A DNA stretch of 38,640 bases, from the NCBI RefSeq assembly GCF_001194135.2, contig NC_069003.1, positions 36,031,220-36,069,859 of the forward strand, read 5' to 3'. Source of the DNA: Octopus bimaculoides. Taxonomy: Eukaryota. This document shows positions 35,398-38,640 of the stretch, one piece after another. A program made the position numbers and the translations under genes. A model generated the notes under the pieces. That model was not told where the DNA came from and did no database searches. It saw only the letters and a list, made by a program, of their open reading frames with translations. Position 1 is the stretch's first letter, and each line of letters begins with the position of its first letter.

Positions 35398-36949
35398 AGT
35401 TTGATATTAAAGTTTAAACTTTACGTGTTGTGAATGTCCCTAGTCGTATGGCCACAAAGCACTTTCACTGCCGATGGCTACCTGGTGTCATCCACCGCAA
35501 TTGCACAATCGTCGCTGGATTTACGTTAGGAATTACTCGTTTCTACTATATATACATACATACATNNNNNNNNNNNNNNNNNNNNNNNNNNNNNNNNNNN
35601 NNNNNNNNNNNNNNNNNNNNNNNNNNNNNNNNNNNNNNNNNNNNNNNNNNNNNNNNNNNNNNNNNNNNNNNNNNNNNNNNNNNNNNNNNNNNNNNNNNNN
35701 NNNNNNNNNNNNNNNNNNNNNNNNNNNNNNNNNNNNNNNNNNNNNNNNNNNNNNNNNNNNNNNNNNNNNNNNNNNNNNNNNNNNNNNNNNNNNNNNNNNN
35801 NNNNNNNNNNNNNNNNNNNNNNNNNNNNNNNNNNNNNNNNNNNNNNNNNNNNNNNNNNNNNNNNNNNNNNNNNNNNNNNNNNNNNNNNNNNNNNNNNNNN
35901 NNNNNNNNNNNNNNNNNNNNNNNNNNNNNNNNNNNNNNNNNNNNNNNNNNNNNNNNNNNNNNNNNNNNNNNNNNNNNNNNNNNNNNNNNNNNNNNNNNNN
36001 NNNNNNNNNNNNNNNNNNNNNNNNNNNNNNNNNNNNNNNNNNNNNNNNNNNNNNNNNNNNNNNNNNNNNNNNNNNNNNNNNNNNNNNNNNNNNNNNNNNN
36101 NNNNNNNNNNNNNNNNNNNNNNNNNNNNNNNNNNNNNNNNNNNNNNNNNNNNNNNNNNNNNNNNNNNNNNNNNNNNNNNNNNNNNNNNNNNNNNNNATGT
36201 AAGACACACCACTCGCTATTTTTTGCCAACACCAACATCACACTCCAGAAACCCAATATCAGCACCAGCATCATCACCACCACCAACACTACACACAGAG
36301 TCCGAAACAAGCAAAAGGGACGAAGTCATAAACATATACACACGCAGACTCAAACACTCCCATCTTCTACATACCGATCCGCCATCCCCGCCACTCGCAC
36401 GCGCATACGTATATAAAATACCAACATATTCACAAAGTTTAAATGTTTTTGTATTCTTCCACCGGTGTTTCAGCCATTAGACCCCGGCCATGCTGGGGCA
36501 CCAACGTCTCCGAAATTCAATCGCGCAACGGAGACCTTCTTTCAAGCTGTAATTAAAGTTGTCATATCTACTCGTGGTCAATGATAAGTGGGTGGTCATT
36601 TTCTCACAACACCGTTTCTTCCACCAACGGTGTTGTGTCAGAACAGAAACCCGAACGCGTGCCTTAAGAATACTTCACACGGTAAACATTTCCTCTCGTT
36701 TTTAATTGTTTGAGTGTATGCATGTCATTATTCAGTTTATTCCAAGATTTCTTGCCAACAGAGAAAGAGCCGGTTTCTAACCTAGATCCAAGGCTCCTTT
36801 ACTGGAATTTCAACATCAACAACAGGGTTTTTTTTTGTATGTACGTATGTGTATGTGTGAGTATAAATTTACGTTCTTGAGAGAGTTCTGGCTGGTCACT
36901 AACAAAGCAACGAAACGTTTTCAGTTAAAAGAGTTCCCTGTGTTTGTAA

Positions 36950-37268
36950 ATATGTGGTTGAGTTGATGTGTTGGCTCAACTGTCCATGCTTACACCAAAG
37001 TGTGTGCATCTGTTCACACGAGAGTCTTAGAAGGACCCTTTATTTCATGTGGCTCCAGTCCACTCAGCTGGCAAAAATGTGTTGTACCTGTATTTCAAGG
37101 GGCCAGCCTCGTCACACCTTATGTTACGCTGAATCTGCCCGAGAACTGTGTTAAGAGCACACGTGTCTGCAGGGTGCTCAACCGCTTGCATGTTTCACGA
37201 GCAGCAGGCTGTTCTGTTGATCGAATCAGCTGGGAACCCTATCGTCGTCGCAACCGACGGAGTGCTCC
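36950..37268 (+). mobile_element. Degraded SINE sharing the central domain of the 171-436 SINE but with a different tail (family D)
   Basis: TATTTCATGTGGCTCCAGTCCACTCAGCTGGCAAAAATGTGTTG aligns with TATTTCACATTGCTCTAGTTCACTCAGCTGCAGAAATGAGTTG at 271-313; sequences diverge downstream. Confidence 0.6.
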
Positions 37269-37619
37269 TATGTATGTGTGAGGATTTATGTAGGCGAGTG
37301 TATGTATGCATTTATGCATGTATGTGTGTGTGTTTGTATGTATGTATATGTGAGGTGGCTCTAACACTACTAGTAACATGTGACCCAGTACAACCGATTA
37401 TTGGGTTGTTGGCGACTAAACCGGCAAATCCACCCTTTTTATCAAGAGGGGTGGTTTTCGTGGGACACCCTACAGGACGAGAACCAAAACCTGTCAAAGG
37501 ATGGATGAACTCTAGCGTCCACTGCCATCCAACAGTAGGGAATGAGAGATCCCTAATCTTTGTATAGACATCTCCCTGGGAGAAGAAACAACCGCCATGT
37601 TGCAAAGCCGAAGATCTTG

Positions 37620-37900
37620 CTTTTGTTTGTTTCTGGATTCCTTGGCTTTGGAGATGAGAGTCTTGGCAATGTTGTGCAAGCTGTTATTATGGGCATCGCA
37701 GAACGTAGGTGTATAGCGAACTTCACGTCTGAAAGGAACGCCACAAACCCTTGGCTTTGTGGGTATTTATAAACCCTACTGTCGGCCATTTGAAGGTAAT
37801 ATCTATTCGCTCGTTTGTCTTTTCTCTCCTTGGGTTAGATCATTGCGACCCATGGCCCAGAATTCCGCTTGGTGACCGACTCCGATTTCTTATCGATACC
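37620..37900 (-). mobile_element. Possible degraded LINE ORF2 fragment (endonuclease-RT linker)
   Basis: Minus-strand pieces GPW..., LWRSFQT and HNIAKTLISKAKES loosely resemble the LINE linker pattern (PW ... W/YR ... RN-AK--I--AK); weak. Confidence 0.3.
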
Positions 37901-38640
37901 AGTTTCTTTTTGCGGTCGGGGGTGGGTGGGGTGGATCCCATCGCACCCTCCTACTCACACTCCTTCTGTATTTAAATGGGGCAACAGGTTCGTGTTTGTC
38001 TCCTGTGTTTTTCATTATGAATGCTGCACTTATAACGTGCATCTATGGATTGTATTTAAAGTGTGACATTTATTATCGAATGCTGAAATATATGATGCAG
38101 GAATACCAAGTTGAAATCCCTTTTTCTCTTTATTGATGTGATCTTTATATTATATAAACAATTGACTGAGAAATGATGAGCTAATTGTTTATATAGAAAT
38201 GTCGCTTTAAATCGGAGTATATATTATTCAAATCGTATAGTTATTATTGTATATATTATCGACTGTATATATTCAATATATATGTCTTGCTTGTTTTCGG
38301 TACGCTGCTGCGGCTTAGCGCAGTGGCGATGACCCCTCATCGGGCTGGGTGTTAAAACACCTGAACTTCATAGCCAGGTGAGACAACCTGCACCTGATCC
38401 CATTCACGAATGATGAATACTTATATTTCGCCATTGTTTTTTTTTTTTTTTTTTTGGCTTCGCAACGTCACACACCTGAATCGAACCAGGGCCGAAGTGA
38501 ATCGCCAGTCTATGACTTATTCACGAATAGTGTAAAAAAAAACCATTTGCTGGTATGGCACGACAATGAGACGTGAGGAGATTCAATTATGAATTCGAAG
38601 CAGCGCTAATGTTGTAAACACACACACACACACACACAGA

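Noticed and set aside
37916-37934. G-quadruplex GGGGGTGGGTGGGGTGG
   Set aside because: Only three tracts of three or more G; the fourth is GG.

Overview
This is AT-rich eukaryotic DNA, saturated with microsatellites and broken by 15 N-gaps (about 4.8 kb in total). I find no credible host protein-coding gene; nearly all listed ORFs are translations of (TA/TG/CA/GA)n repeats or of N runs. From recall, the repeat families resemble those of octopod cephalopods (Octopus); this is an inference and no search was run. Recognisable content: several tRNA-derived SINE families (many copies, both strands), one near-full-length and one older DD37D (maT-type) Tc1/mariner fossil, a mariner 5' remnant, a hAT-type MITE with an 8-bp TSD, an RTE LINE 3' end, a ~100-bp element present twice in inverted orientation, and minisatellites. 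The most striking signal is a set of minimal type I hammerhead-ribozyme folds in unrelated short repeats: 11835-11895(-), 15538-15584(+), 27921-27965(-), and variant-core ones at 18177-18212(+) and 3822-3862(-). One of them (15538-15584) is the 3' part of a tRNA-headed Pol III SINE, so this is a candidate self-cleaving SINE mobilised by Penelope-like machinery.
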